Positions 56,188 to 64,000 of a stretch of DNA of 64,000 bases are shown here, one piece after another (the stretch's first letter is position 1; the number at the start of each line of letters is the position of its first letter). Below the pieces are notes generated by a model that saw only the letters and a program-made list of their open reading frames with translations, ran no database searches and was not told the DNA's origin. Source of the DNA: an uncultured Bacteroidota bacterium (GTDB lineage Bacteria > Bacteroidota > Ignavibacteria > Kryptoniales > JAKASW01); assembly GCA_963808245.1 (NCBI GenBank), contig CAWEES010000002.1:1090252-1154251 (forward strand), written 5' to 3'. The position numbers and the translations under genes were made by a program.

Positions 56188-59100
56188 CTAGAAATCGTAT
56201 CCTAACGAGAAGTAGTAGTGGGGTGGAGAAAAACTTTGTATGTTGTAAGCCCATGCTATGTCGAGGCGTAGGAGGAAATAAAGGACGACCATCCTCGCCC
56301 CAAAACCGGTGCCTACCAGCAAATCTTTCGTCTCCAAATTTCCATTTACATCACGGTCAAAAGGCTGGAATTTCTGATAAATTGGTGTCGCATTTTGATT
56401 ATAGCCAGGATAGTTATTCCAGCCCCAGGCCGAGCCCATGTCGACAAACGCCGTCCCGAACAAAGTCTCGAACAACGGCAAGGGTCCGGCGGACAGGAAT
56501 CCGAACATCGGGAATCTCAACTCCATGTTCAATAGTGTAAAGTTATTACCGAATTCCGCGTTGTAATCAAAGCCGCGCATCGGAACAACTGGAGTCAGAA
56601 ATTGTAAATCTTCGGCGTTGCGAACCGGAATAAAATCTCCGTCAAACCTGGCGTTTATCCAGTTCTCTGTACCACCAATGAAAAATTCCTGAGGGTTCGA
56701 TCCAACCGAAGTTCCCGCAAAAACTCGCCAGGCAAACGTGTAAAACGTACTGAATAATTTGATGTAATCCCGGTAATCAATCATTGCTGTGGCAAAACTG
56801 ATCCCGTCTCCTGTAATCTTAGGAGTACCGTAGAGCGAGATGTAATAGCGAGATCCATTGATGGGCGAAATATAACCAAAGAATGAATTATCGTGGACAT
56901 AACGAAGTGTCGGAACAATCAGATTTCTGTTCTGTGAAGGTTCATAGGTTTCATCAAGGTTCTCGCGAGTCAGGTTCATCAGACTCATTCCGCCTTCGAG
57001 TCTATTATACCTGTCAAATGGATAACTTGTACCAAAAGATACTCCGTAAGATTGAAAACGATAAAGATCGTAATTGCCAGTTAGCGGCGAGGTCAGATAA
57101 AGAAATCTCGCAACATGCTCACCGAGTATGGAATAATTCATTCTTGACGGGAGGTAATCATATTCAAATGCGTAATCGCTGTTCTTGAGATCGATTAGAA
57201 GATCCGCCAACAAAACGATTTGGTGGTTCCCTAACATGTCGCTGAATCCCATTATGGTGCTTCCCTGTACGCCGAAGAAGGTGTTGTACCCTGCATTTCC
57301 GTAGATAATATCGGGGGTGAAATTCACTTTGTATCTTTGAGCGATGAAGTCCCCGGCGCTGTCAACATTTCCCTTTACATTAAAATTATCATTGAAGTTC
57401 GGCGGATTGAACAGACTGTCACTCTTTGAACTGCCCCCGAAAACATAGTTGCTCAGGTCAACCTGTATGTCTTTGCCGTAGAGGTCCTTTACCAGCGACG
57501 AATCGGACTTCGTTGAATCCGCCGCAAGCTTTTTCATATCGACCTCAGGTCTCTTCGAAGCAGCTAATTCTGCCGTTTCCTGCTTAATGAATCCTGTCAG
57601 CGGGACCTGATCGGCAGTCAACAAATGGTCGTTTGGACTTTTTAGCAGAAAAATATCGAAGCCTCCGTTTGAGAGACTCGAGAAAGCTAACTTCGAGCCG
57701 TCTTTGGATATCGAACACTGGTATATTCCGCTGATTGAATTCGTAATGGGCTGGCTCTTGTCACTATCCAGATCCATATAATATATATTTGAGATACCTG
57801 TCTTGTCGGAAACATAGTATAGATGTTTTCCATCAGGAGCGGCGATAGGGTACGAATCCTCTCCGATCTCCGAATGGGTAAGTTGTTCGATTATCCCCGT
57901 TGCAACATCAATCGAATAAATATGCGCCTGATTAAAATTGTAGCTCCACATCTTGAAGTTCTTCGGGATATCGGATTTTTTAATATAATCGCCGCGGTCA
58001 CTGACAAAGTATATTTTCTTACCATCAGGCGACCACGACGGATCGGAATCGCTGAAGATATCGTTTGTGAAATTTGCTAAACTCTTATTCTTAAGATCAT
58101 ACACGTAAATATCCGACTGCCGATTATTATCGCCCACAAATGCCAGCTTGTCACCGTCAGGGGACCACGACACAGAAAATACTCCCTCTAAATTCGCAAA
58201 CGGGATTTCTTCAACATCGCCTGACGAAACGTCGATTACGTTTATTGCGTCGTGCGAACCGCTTTTTACGGCAATTGCTACTTTTTTCCCATCTGGTGAC
58301 CAGGTTATTCCCGGCGTAAGGAGATGGAGTTCTTCAAAATTCTTTTGTGTCTGGCCATCCACCAATTTTTTAATGATCTTTCCATCAGTCGCATTCATAA
58401 GATAGATGCTGAAATAATCATCCCGGTCGGAAATAAATGCGATCTTGTCACCCTGAGGAGAAATTGCCGGACTCGTATTGTAAAAATCCCCGATATCTTT
58501 GTGGTCGGTAAGCTGCTTGGCAAAATCTTCAGGTCTTTTCCTTATCGCCACATCAGGCCAGTACATTACTTTTTGTTCATATTGCCAACGTTTCGATAAT
58601 TCTTTAATGCTTATCCCGAGCGCGCTTTTGAAGCCGGCCTCCACGCTTCTCGTCGTGCGAATCCTGCTCAAAATTTCCGCGATCTTCTCGTCTCCGTATT
58701 TGCTCGCAATGTACCACCACATGGATTGCCCCCCCCGATACGCAAAATATCCATTCAATTCGTCCACCGGAACTATGTATTCGTTCACCGTCGCATCAAG
58801 CATGAACATATCGGAGTTAGTGTCCCAGCGAAGGGATTCATATTCGGCAAGTCCTTCATTGAACCACATCGGGAGCTGGAGAGTAATATTATTCGCGATC
58901 ATGGACTGTACGGAGCCGCCATAATACATGTCGTTGAGAATAGCATGAACAAGTTCATGAGCAATTACATGGCGAAATAATTGGTACGACCCTTCAAAGG
59001 GTACCACGACGCGGTTCTTGAACATCTCGGTAACTCCACCGACGCCTTCATCAAGATATTCAGAAACGACATTGGTCTCCTGCCAATCGTTGTGAGAATC

Positions 59101-59367
59101 ATAAACGATTATCGGAATACGATTGGTTATATCGTAATGAAAGGCAGCACTGTGGTGAGCGTAGGCATCCTCAGCGGCGTGGGCAGCAAATTCTGCGATT
59201 TGATATTCGGAAGGATAGAAGTATATGTCAAAATGTTTCGATTGTATGAAATACCAATCGAAAGAGCGGTACTGTATCTTGTTTTCACCAAATTCATCGT
59301 CCTGCGCGTAGCAGATCAGCGAAGTAAACAGGATAACAAGCAGCAGCAATTTCCGAATTACTCTCAA
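56188..59367 (-). CDS. outer-membrane fusion protein: HExxH peptidase-like domain, PD40/TolB-like beta-propeller repeats and an Omp85/D15-type beta-barrel
   Basis: Signal peptide, then VIAHELVHAILND, then at least 6 PD40 repeats (WSPDGKK.., ISDRDD, SDRGD, SDKTG). The C-terminal barrel ends ...YYFSLGYDF with an aromatic terminus. Confidence 0.8.
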   Translation of the reverse strand: MRVIRKLLLLVILFTSLICYAQDDEFGENKIQYRSFDWYFIQSKHFDIYFYPSEYQIAEFAAHAAEDAYAHHSAAFHYDITNRIPIIVYDSHNDWQETNVVSEYLDEGVGGVTEMFKNRVVVPFEGSYQLFRHVIAHELVHAILNDMYYGGSVQSMIANNITLQLPMWFNEGLAEYESLRWDTNSDMFMLDATVNEYIVPVDELNGYFAYRGGQSMWWYIASKYGDEKIAEILSRIRTTRSVEAGFKSALGISIKELSKRWQYEQKVMYWPDVAIRKRPEDFAKQLTDHKDIGDFYNTSPAISPQGDKIAFISDRDDYFSIYLMNATDGKIIKKLVDGQTQKNFEELHLLTPGITWSPDGKKVAIAVKSGSHDAINVIDVSSGDVEEIPFANLEGVFSVSWSPDGDKLAFVGDNNRQSDIYVYDLKNKSLANFTNDIFSDSDPSWSPDGKKIYFVSDRGDYIKKSDIPKNFKMWSYNFNQAHIYSIDVATGIIEQLTHSEIGEDSYPIAAPDGKHLYYVSDKTGISNIYYMDLDSDKSQPITNSISGIYQCSISKDGSKLAFSSLSNGGFDIFLLKSPNDHLLTADQVPLTGFIKQETAELAASKRPEVDMKKLAADSTKSDSSLVKDLYGKDIQVDLSNYVFGGSSKSDSLFNPPNFNDNFNVKGNVDSAGDFIAQRYKVNFTPDIIYGNAGYNTFFGVQGSTIMGFSDMLGNHQIVLLADLLIDLKNSDYAFEYDYLPSRMNYSILGEHVARFLYLTSPLTGNYDLYRFQSYGVSFGTSYPFDRYNRLEGGMSLMNLTRENLDETYEPSQNRNLIVPTLRYVHDNSFFGYISPINGSRYYISLYGTPKITGDGISFATAMIDYRDYIKLFSTFYTFAWRVFAGTSVGSNPQEFFIGGTENWINARFDGDFIPVRNAEDLQFLTPVVPMRGFDYNAEFGNNFTLLNMELRFPMFGFLSAGPLPLFETLFGTAFVDMGSAWGWNNYPGYNQNATPIYQKFQPFDRDVNGNLETKDLLVGTGFGARMVVLYFLLRLDIAWAYNIQSFSPPHYYFSLGYDF

Positions 59368-59511
59368 TGGTCTTCCCTCAAAAAAAACATACTAATGTTT
59401 CCAACTAAATTCAAGATTTCAAAGTTCCAACTTTTCGAAGTTCGGCAGGCGAGGAATACAATTCGATTCGGCACAAAAATTAGACGACGAAAGACGAAAT
59501 AAAGTTTAGAG

Positions 59512-60408
59512 TCAGAACTTAAATTCTAAACCTTCTTTTGAGGCACAAAGTTTGAACGAATAATTTAATCTCTTCATCTCTTTATTACTTTTCGCCACAA
59601 TATCATCTACGTCTTTATCGGTGAGAGAAGGATCGTAATGAAACAAAAAAAGATTCTTGACGCCTGCTTCGGACGCCAGGCGGAGCGTGTGTAAAAAATG
59701 TGAATGTCCCCAGCCAATATGGTCATTATACTGTTCGGGGGTGTAAGTCGTATCGTGAATCAAAACATCGGCTCCTCTGACGTGATCGAGGACCCGATTA
59801 TTCGGGTCGCCATCATAATCCTTGAAAAGCTTCAGCACCTGTGGTTCGCCGTTTGTGAAAAGATGAGATGTCTCTGCAGTAAACGGTTCATTATCGCTGA
59901 TGTAGACAAGCGTTTTATTATTATGCGTTATCCTGTATCCGATAGTAAAGCCCGGATGATTTACATAGAAGGATTGAACTTTTGCTCCCTGGACATCTAT
60001 TGAGTTTTCCTTCATCGGGATGAAATCGATCTTTGCCTCGAGCTCGGAAAGGTTGACCGGGAAATAGATTTTGTTCATCTGCTCCGCAATGAGTTCAGCG
60101 AGTTTGACCCCCTTAGCTTCCGGTCCGACAATAGTGAGCTCGTTGCCTTTGACAAAGGCTGGTTTGAAAAATGGAAATCCCTGGATGTGATCCCAATGGG
60201 GGTGAGTAATTAAAATATGAGCACGTATCTTCTCATTGTGTTCCATGAGTTCGTTGCCCAGGTTCCTGATGCCTGTTCCAGCATCTAAAATAATCAAACT
60301 CCCATCGTCCAGATGTAATTCCGTGCAAGCAGTGTTTCCACCATATTTTACTGTTGACTCGCCAGGCGTGGCGATTGAGCCACGAACTCCCCAGAACTTA
60401 ATCCTCAT
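59512..60408 (-). CDS. MBL-fold metallo-hydrolase
   Basis: The ITHPHWDH motif (HxHxDH), followed by later His and Asp ligands. Confidence 0.85.
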   Translation of the reverse strand: MRIKFWGVRGSIATPGESTVKYGGNTACTELHLDDGSLIILDAGTGIRNLGNELMEHNEKIRAHILITHPHWDHIQGFPFFKPAFVKGNELTIVGPEAKGVKLAELIAEQMNKIYFPVNLSELEAKIDFIPMKENSIDVQGAKVQSFYVNHPGFTIGYRITHNNKTLVYISDNEPFTAETSHLFTNGEPQVLKLFKDYDGDPNNRVLDHVRGADVLIHDTTYTPEQYNDHIGWGHSHFLHTLRLASEAGVKNLFLFHYDPSLTDKDVDDIVAKSNKEMKRLNYSFKLCASKEGLEFKF

Positions 60409-60417
60409 TTAAACTCC

Positions 60418-60939
60418 CTATTCAGGTGCGGTTCCATTTCTGTAGTTTGAGACATAATCAACATAATGCTGTGCCGAATCCTCAAGCTTTTTTATTTCTT
60501 CAGTTTCTAAATCTCTTACTACTCTTGCGGGTATTCCTGCGACTAAACTTCTCGGAGGGACAACAAATCCTTCGCGAACCAAAGCTCCGGCCGCGACAAG
60601 ACTGTGGTCACCAATTCGGCAATCATCAAGAAGTATCGCTCCCATTCCTATCAAGCAATAATCTTCTATTCGGCAGCCATGAATTATAGCAGCATGTCCA
60701 ATTGTAACATTTGAAGCTATATAAGTCGGGAATTTTTTGTGCGTAACGTGGATCACACTATTATCCTGGATGTTAGTCCTATCACCAATTTCGATGAAAT
60801 TAACGTCCCCGCGAACTACCGCATTGAACCAGATGCTTGAATCTTTGCCGACGGTCACATCTCCGATGATATGTGCTCCATCCGCAATGAAAACAGTTTC
60901 ATGGAGTTTCGGGGCTTTTCCGAGATAGGCCAGGATCAA
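60418..60939 (-). CDS. gamma-class carbonic anhydrase family / left-handed beta-helix protein
   Basis: Hexapeptide repeats and the YrdA/PaaY-like pattern (VRGDVN.I.IG..TNIQDNSVIH). Confidence 0.88.
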   Translation of the reverse strand: MILAYLGKAPKLHETVFIADGAHIIGDVTVGKDSSIWFNAVVRGDVNFIEIGDRTNIQDNSVIHVTHKKFPTYIASNVTIGHAAIIHGCRIEDYCLIGMGAILLDDCRIGDHSLVAAGALVREGFVVPPRSLVAGIPARVVRDLETEEIKKLEDSAQHYVDYVSNYRNGTAPE

Positions 60940-61829
60940 TGGCTATCGCTCCTCGGAGGTGTCCAATTGTCTCTTTTGATATCTTTCAGTCGTACGATAA
61001 CACTTCCAAGGATGACTTTGACATCCCCTTTCAACGGCACTTCGGCTGAATCAGAGCTCATCCAACCCACGAAATCTCCTGTTACACCATAGAACCCTTT
61101 GAAGTTTATGTGTCCGGACATTCGATAAGAATCGACGGGAAAGTCAAAAGCGGTGACTTCGCATTTCTCTCGCTCCTCATTTATTGTCAAGTCGACACTT
61201 GACCGAACGGTGTCAACCACAATCGGAATTGAAAGGCTTGTCTTTTTATTCCCTGAAATTCTTCCCTCTTCGCGTAAATAATAAAAAAAACTAATCCCGT
61301 CCGTATAAGGATGATCCAGAGGAAAATAAACCGTATTGATAATCTTTCCGTCTTTTGACTGCTCCCATTTAACATTCTTCTTGTCAAAATAGAAATGATA
61401 ACTCGTATAAACCCAACTATCGCCTTCCTTCTCGCTATTAGAAGTAAAGAGGCACATAAATGTTCTCGCGTCGGCGTAGGTTTCAAACACGGAATGAAGA
61501 TTGACGAATGGTATCCCGCTGTAAGAATCTATGTAAGCCCTCAACCGGTAGGCAGGAACATTCTCGTAAACCGTCTTGCCTACAACCTGAAATCTGACGG
61601 CGCCAATCTTAAAAAGCAAATAACTTGCTTCATAGTTAAGCTCTTCTTTAACCTGCATCACCGAGTCTGTGCCACTGCTGAGCCACCCTGAGGTCTGCAT
61701 AGTTTGATTCAAACCGTTAAAAATTGAAATTGCATATACTGCCCTTAGCGCAAAAAGAAAAACCGCCATCACCAAAAGATTTGATAGGACTACTCTTATT
61801 TTCTTTTTGGAACGACTCTTAATACCCAT
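60936..61829 (-). CDS. DUF3108-like secreted protein
   Basis: N-terminal anchor, then the beta-rich pattern YEASYLLFKIGAVRFQV. The assignment is from memory. Confidence 0.5.
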   Translation of the reverse strand: MGIKSRSKKKIRVVLSNLLVMAVFLFALRAVYAISIFNGLNQTMQTSGWLSSGTDSVMQVKEELNYEASYLLFKIGAVRFQVVGKTVYENVPAYRLRAYIDSYSGIPFVNLHSVFETYADARTFMCLFTSNSEKEGDSWVYTSYHFYFDKKNVKWEQSKDGKIINTVYFPLDHPYTDGISFFYYLREEGRISGNKKTSLSIPIVVDTVRSSVDLTINEEREKCEVTAFDFPVDSYRMSGHINFKGFYGVTGDFVGWMSSDSAEVPLKGDVKVILGSVIVRLKDIKRDNWTPPRSDSH

Positions 61830-62057
61830 TCTAATTCTCTATTTCATTATGATTATTCAGCCCTCGACATAAAACCTTTATGACCCTGCGAGGATGGGGG
61901 TACAGTGATTTATAAACCATTCTCAATTCACCACAGTTAATGCATGGGAACCGAAAACCTGCCTCACCGAAACCGACTCAGGAATAACTATTAATTATTT
62001 TGCCGAAATCAGTGCGCTTTCAAAAAGGTCTAAACCAATTCACAAAAAGAGATTATC

Positions 62058-63671
62058 TCAGTTAATACCCGCGATTTGTTTTGCTTCGGGGAAAAGTGTC
62101 AACGCCTTCTGAAACTGGTTATCAAACGTCATGACGACCCTATACCAACCGTCGTTTCCCCAAACATTACGAGCTATTTGAGCCTTTACGAGCATCGCAA
62201 TATATTTACTGTTCTTATCGTACTCATCACGGCTAACTTTTATACCGGCCTTCTTCGCCTGGTCATAAATATTGGAGAGGATCTCGTTACTGACCTGGAA
62301 TTTTTCGTTGAAGTCTTTCGAATTCTGATAATCCTTTTCGATCTCATCTTGCTTTTGGGAATAACGGCTATCGACATATTCCAAGAATATTCTCTTTACT
62401 TGAAATTCATAGACAAATGACGGGACATCCGCCAACTTGACTATATAATCCGGAGTTATTCCACCACCTCCATAGACGGTCCTGCCTGAGACAGTTTTAA
62501 ACACCGGCCGTGTCGAGTCTTCTTCCATCGTGTGAGTCAAATTTGAGCCCGATTTTTCCGATGTGTCTGCAACGTAGGCTCCCATAAAATATTTTCCGCG
62601 ATCGCTACCGTAAGGCCTTTGTATGAGACGGCCACTGGGTGTATAATAACGGGCAATCGTAATTCTCACTGCGGATCCGTCATCTAATGGGAATTGCCTT
62701 TGGACCAATCCTTTTCCAAAACTTGATTCACCGACTATCAATCCACGATCAAGATCTTGGATGGCCCCTGAAACTATTTCACTGGCAGAAGCAGTCCCGC
62801 TGTTTACCAGAACAATCAAAGGAATCCGTGTATAATTTCCTCCGTTCGAAGTAAAATATTCATTAGCCTCAGGGATGCGACCTTTCGTGAACACGATAGT
62901 TTTTCCTTGCGGTATGAAATCGCTTGCGACATCTACGGCCTCGTTCAGAAGACCGCCGGGGTTGTCCCTTAAGTCAAGTATAAGCTCCCTCATGCCTTGC
63001 GATTTTAATTTCGTTAATGCATCCTCAAGCTCCTTGCTTGTCGTCTCGGCAAACCTATTCAGATAGATGTATCCGACTTCGTGATCGACCATGAATGACG
63101 AGGTGACCGAGTAAAGGGGAATCTTATCGCGTACGATTTCAAATTGTAGCGGCTTCTCAACACCCTCGCGGGAAACCGTCACGTTAACCTTCGATCCTTT
63201 CGGCCCACGCAGCTTCTTCATTACCTCGTCGCGAGTAATTCCAACGGCAGATTTGCCATCAATCACCACAATCTTGTCGCCTGCCTCGATCCCGACAAGC
63301 TCACTTGGCCCGCCTGCTATTGGTGAAACTACAAGAAGTGTATCGTCCACCACATCGAATTCAATCCCGATTCCGTCAAAAGACCCGCGAAAATCTTCGG
63401 AAATCTGCTGGACTTCCTTTGCGGGTATATAAACCGAATGGGGATCAAGTTGACCGAGCAATCCATTTATCGCCGCGTCTACGAGTTTTTGCGTATCGAT
63501 ATTATCGACATAATATTTATCTGCAAGACTGAAAACGTCTTTAAATTTCTCCAGCTGTTGATAAATGTTATCACCGCTGAATACACTCTGTATCTGCGTC
63601 CCTATAAGGATACCGACGACTATCAGCAAAACTCCCCCGACAGCAGACAGTTTATTTTTAAACAGCTTCAT
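62058..63671 (-). CDS. ctp: S41-family C-terminal processing peptidase
   Basis: PDZ segment (GIEAGDKIVVIDG) and the catalytic region LVNSGTASASEIVSGAIQD...GESSFGKG. Confidence 0.9.
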   Translation of the reverse strand: MKLFKNKLSAVGGVLLIVVGILIGTQIQSVFSGDNIYQQLEKFKDVFSLADKYYVDNIDTQKLVDAAINGLLGQLDPHSVYIPAKEVQQISEDFRGSFDGIGIEFDVVDDTLLVVSPIAGGPSELVGIEAGDKIVVIDGKSAVGITRDEVMKKLRGPKGSKVNVTVSREGVEKPLQFEIVRDKIPLYSVTSSFMVDHEVGYIYLNRFAETTSKELEDALTKLKSQGMRELILDLRDNPGGLLNEAVDVASDFIPQGKTIVFTKGRIPEANEYFTSNGGNYTRIPLIVLVNSGTASASEIVSGAIQDLDRGLIVGESSFGKGLVQRQFPLDDGSAVRITIARYYTPSGRLIQRPYGSDRGKYFMGAYVADTSEKSGSNLTHTMEEDSTRPVFKTVSGRTVYGGGGITPDYIVKLADVPSFVYEFQVKRIFLEYVDSRYSQKQDEIEKDYQNSKDFNEKFQVSNEILSNIYDQAKKAGIKVSRDEYDKNSKYIAMLVKAQIARNVWGNDGWYRVVMTFDNQFQKALTLFPEAKQIAGIN

Positions 63672-63864
63672 CTATTTTTTCCTCTTGAGAATTGACTTAT
63701 AAATTATTGCGGATTATTCTTTTACCAACGTTTTTCGACTATCAGCGTTCGTCGTCCTCTATGAACCAATTAAATATATATTATGACTTTATGTGCAACA
63801 AGGAATTCATACAGGAAAAGTGGACCGGCCAAAGGATGCCGGACAAAACGACGTGAAAGATACC

Positions 63865-64000
63865 TTATTTCAGCTTTCCTATTGAAAGTTTGAACCCGAT
63901 GGAGAACTCTTTCTCGAGTCTCATCTTGGAATGCAGAAAGACAACCGAACTTTGGTACACCCTCTCAAATCCTGATTCGGACAGAGAAACTGTTTCAATT
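63865..64000 (-). CDS. possible 3' end of a CDS entering from beyond the window
   Basis: The minus-strand frame ...IETVSLSESGFERVYQSSVVFLHSKMRLEKEFSIGFKLSIGKLK stops at 63867..63865. Only 44 codons are visible. Confidence 0.25.
   Translation of the reverse strand, partial: IETVSLSESGFERVYQSSVVFLHSKMRLEKEFSIGFKLSIGKLK

Noticed and set aside
1-64000. Search for rRNA, tRNA, CRISPR arrays, transposases, integrases, phage genes and toxin-antitoxin pairs
   Set aside because: I saw no T-arm-like GGTTCGAATCC-type signatures and no regularly spaced 25-40-nt direct repeats with unique spacers. I also saw no DDE or tyrosine/serine recombinase motifs in any listed ORF. The scan was by eye only, so a tRNAscan/Infernal run would be needed to be certain.

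Overview
This is a 64-kb bacterial chromosomal window. It probably comes from an FCB-superphylum organism resembling Ignavibacteria. That placement is an inference from two proteins with T9SS C-terminal sorting domains (YALYQNYPNPFNPSTTI...), used alongside Shine-Dalgarno sites and TTGACA/TATATT-type promoters. Most of the window is core metabolism and housekeeping. It contains sdhCDAB divergent from sucA-sucB, with sucB split by a frameshift inside an A8 run. It also contains nuoABCDEF with no nuoG-N following, plus dut, rsmI, recQ and a Ctp/S41 protease. Transport genes include TauE plus DUF1634, a MacAB-like efflux set (adaptor, ATPase, two FtsX permeases), an ABC-2 exporter, an APC permease and an AI-2E transporter. 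Other units are an ECF sigma operon, a DUF4004/YhbD-like regulator with two bactofilin-like paralogs (Bacillus yhbD-bacE-bacF arrangement), an M1 peptidase, a 1059-aa HExxH-PD40-Omp85 fusion and a 1035-aa T9SS beta-propeller protein. I saw no rRNA, tRNA, CRISPR array, transposase or integrase. The one clearly accessory segment is about 24.6-33.95 kb. It opens with a 4 x 42-nt tandem repeat, followed by two minus-strand paralogous membrane-anchored proteins and a 777-bp non-coding gap. After that come seven co-oriented plus-strand genes of unknown function, mostly lipoproteins or secreted proteins plus one methyltransferase, separated by two families of GC-rich intergenic repeats. One repeat family has GGCTAAC...GTTAGGC termini and a stem / unpaired spacer / stem layout resembling integron attC sites. 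My best candidate for something unusual is therefore an integrase-less cassette array (CALIN-like), which needs a covariance-model check. All functional calls come from motif recognition in the supplied translations; no database search was run.
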